From: Desulfuromonas sp.
GTDB lineage: Bacteria; Desulfobacterota; Desulfuromonadia; Desulfuromonadales; BM103
NCBI GenBank assembly: GCA_012026975.1
Contig: VEPG01000056.1
Coordinates: forward strand, 3,871 to 67,870
DNA: 64,000 nt
Direction of reading: 5' to 3'
Shown piece by piece: positions 62,502 to 64,000 of this stretch. The notes beneath the pieces are model-generated. The model was not told the DNA's origin and made no database searches. It was given only the letters and a program-made list of their open reading frames with translations. The position numbers and the translations under genes are program-made. The stretch's first letter is position 1. Each line of letters opens with the position of its first letter.

Positions 62502-64000
62502 TTACTGCGGCACGCTGGCGTGACAGGCCGAACAGTTGCCCGAAGCCGACACCGTACCCCAGGCCGGGGTCAGGATGCCGTTATGGCAGTCGACGGTGGA
62601 ACAGGTCTTGGCGCCCGAGTTCCAACCCGGTACGACGTTCTTGCCGCTGTCGTAACCGAGACCGGTCGCCTTTTTGTAGTCGCCGGAGACGCGCGACCAC
62701 GAGGTGTTGAGCGACGCGACGGTGGTGATGTCGTCACGAATCTGGGCCTTCGACTTGAAGCCGGAGAGGCTGGCGAAGGTGACCGTCGGTGCACCGTCGA
62801 GGTGCGCGGACGAACTGACCTTGATGACCGCCAGTTCGTTACCGGTGACCGGGGTGTTGCTATCACTGTGGCAAGTGGCGCACAGCGTGTTGCCGGCGTT
62901 GTACTCGACCGTCATCGTGGAGTTGTGACAGGTCTGGCAGCCGAGGGTGTCGGAAGTGGCACTGTTGCCATGTGCCGCCCCGGCATCGGTGGCCGGAACC
63001 GCCGACGACGGCATCAGGCCGTTGCGGTCATCATCATACAAGGTGTCGTAATGGATACCGACAGCGTGCAGGTTGTGCGCATTGGTGGTCGGGCTGTTGC
63101 CATGACAGCTGGCGCAGGACATGCCACCGTTCGGGTTGGTCAAATCCCAAACCGCGGTGTCGGGATAGACGCCGTCATTGATGCCGTCACTATGGCAGTA
63201 GACGCCCGAGCACTTGCCGGTGATTGAGGTAAAGGCTGCCGTGGCGCTGTTGTTGCGCTTGGCGTTGACGGCCGGGATGCCGGCCTCGCCCGTCGAGGTC
63301 AGCTTGGTGTTGGGCGCATTGTTGCGATGCAGGGCCACATCGGCCGGGTGGCACTGGCCGCAGCCCATGAGCAGCTTGCCGGTCGCGTCGTAGCTGACAC
63401 TGTACCAGTAGGTTGCATTGCCATAATCGCTCAGGGAGAGCTTCTTGCCGGTCAGCACCGTCGCCATGCTGGTGTGCGACTTGTGATCGGGATCGGAAGC
63501 TTCGCCGTCCTTGTATTTGCCCGTACCGTGGCAATCGAGGCAGTTGTCGCCGCCTTCGGTCTCGACGATGCCATTGATGTGCTTGGTCACGTCGGTGAAG
63601 CCGTTGTCGGCGGCCACGGTGTTGGTATGGCAGGCGGAGCAGTCGGCATCGTTCGGATGGCCGTTGGCCGGGCTGGGCGGATAGCCGTGGCAGAAGGCGC
63701 AGTCGTGGCTGGCAGTGCCGGTGAAGAACGGGGTGTTCCAGTCGGGGACGTTGAGGGTGCCCGACCAGCCGTGACCGATCTTGCTGCCGTCATGGCAGTA
63801 GCTGGTGGCGCAGGTGCCACCCGGGGCGCCGGAGTAGTTGGTCGCGGAGCTGTTGGTGTTGGCCAGCGTACCGAAAACCAGCTCGGCCGGAGAGGTGCTG
63901 TCGAAGTGGCCGACGGCGTTGACCTTGTTCACGTAGGTGGCCTGGGCCGCCATGTTGTCGACCGTGGTCTTGTGGCACTCGCCGCAGGCGATGTCGGAGG
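62502..64000 (-). CDS. multiheme c-type cytochrome of the same CxxxxCH/CxxCH family, 3' part (5' end outside window)
   Basis: The frame stays open upstream of the ORF-track Met at 63953 to the window edge (...SDIACGECHKTTVDN-MAAQATYVNKVN...). 9 CXXCH plus 3 CX4CH motifs are visible. Paralogous to the last ~300 aa of the 57209-62386 product (STYVNKVNVVGH / ATYVNKVNAVGH; DVTKHING in both). Confidence 0.85.
   Translation of the reverse strand, partial: SDIACGECHKTTVDNMAAQATYVNKVNAVGHFDSTSPAELVFGTLANTNSSATNYSGAPGGTCATSYCHDGSKIGHGWSGTLNVPDWNTPFFTGTASHDCAFCHGYPPSPANGHPNDADCSACHTNTVAADNGFTDVTKHINGIVETEGGDNCLDCHGTGKYKDGEASDPDHKSHTSMATVLTGKKLSLSDYGNATYWYSVSYDATGKLLMGCGQCHPADVALHRNNAPNTKLTSTGEAGIPAVNAKRNNSATAAFTSITGKCSGVYCHSDGINDGVYPDTAVWDLTNPNGGMSCASCHGNSPTTNAHNLHAVGIHYDTLYDDDRNGLMPSSAVPATDAGAAHGNSATSDTLGCQTCHNSTMTVEYNAGNTLCATCHSDSNTPVTGNELAVIKVSSSAHLDGAPTVTFASLSGFKSKAQIRDDITTVASLNTSWSRVSGDYKKATGLGYDSGKNVVPGWNSGAKTCSTVDCHNGILTPAWGTVSASGNCSACHASVPQ

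Overview
This is a 64-kb, high-GC chromosomal segment (about 62-65% GC in spot counts of single 60-nt lines). Its gene families suggest a Geobacter/Desulfuromonas-like deltaproteobacterium; this is inference from gene content, not a database hit.

Gene order, left to right:
- 1-7.5 kb: the distal half of a type II secretion operon (gspH' I J K L M N), facing a convergent ExeA/GspA-like ATPase plus TPR partner.
- 7.5-9.4 kb: a cytochrome b5-like protein, a radical-SAM gene and an orphan receiver.
- 9.4-18.1 kb: a tightly coupled sugar-nucleotide/glycogen operon that ends in an unusual roughly 1626-aa GH13-GlgA fusion.
- 18-24.9 kb: housekeeping genes (HNH nuclease, REC-BTAD regulator, pgeF, rluD, htrA, a HAD hydrolase, elbB).
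- 25-30.2 kb: a three-gene archaeal-type split glutamate synthase behind a perfect sigma-54 promoter.
- 30.5-38.2 kb: ilvE, a J-domain protein, a feoA-feoA-feoB-microORF-porin operon, a beta-carbonic anhydrase and a LysR regulator.
- 38.5-41.9 kb: an MtrAB/PioAB-like decaheme-plus-barrel conduit. The barrel gene is interrupted by a single in-frame TGA.
- 42-47.7 kb: a radical-SAM gene, rng and a lipoprotein.
- 47.8-64 kb: an accessory-looking region. It starts with a lower-GC pair (an FGE-family enzyme and a fused membrane/spermidine-synthase-like protein). Three tandem giant multiheme genes follow (a 5'-truncated one, then about 1725 aa and about 1945 aa).

The three giant genes carry roughly 70 candidate heme sites by manual count. 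The sites follow a repeating Cx3-4CH / CxxCH / CxxCH pattern. One of the genes also has a glycine-rich domain and three Ig-like repeats at its N-terminus.

Smaller unexplained signals are:
- heptad-periodic AAGG/CCTT tracts at two loci;
- a triple 16-nt motif after rng;
- a shared GATTT(T/C)-AAA(T/A)C-type operator, with Fur-box-like sequences, at the feo promoters and upstream of the giant cytochrome gene.

No rRNA, tRNA, CRISPR array or transposase was recognised. All calls come from reading the sequence and the ORF translations only. Family accessions quoted are from memory.
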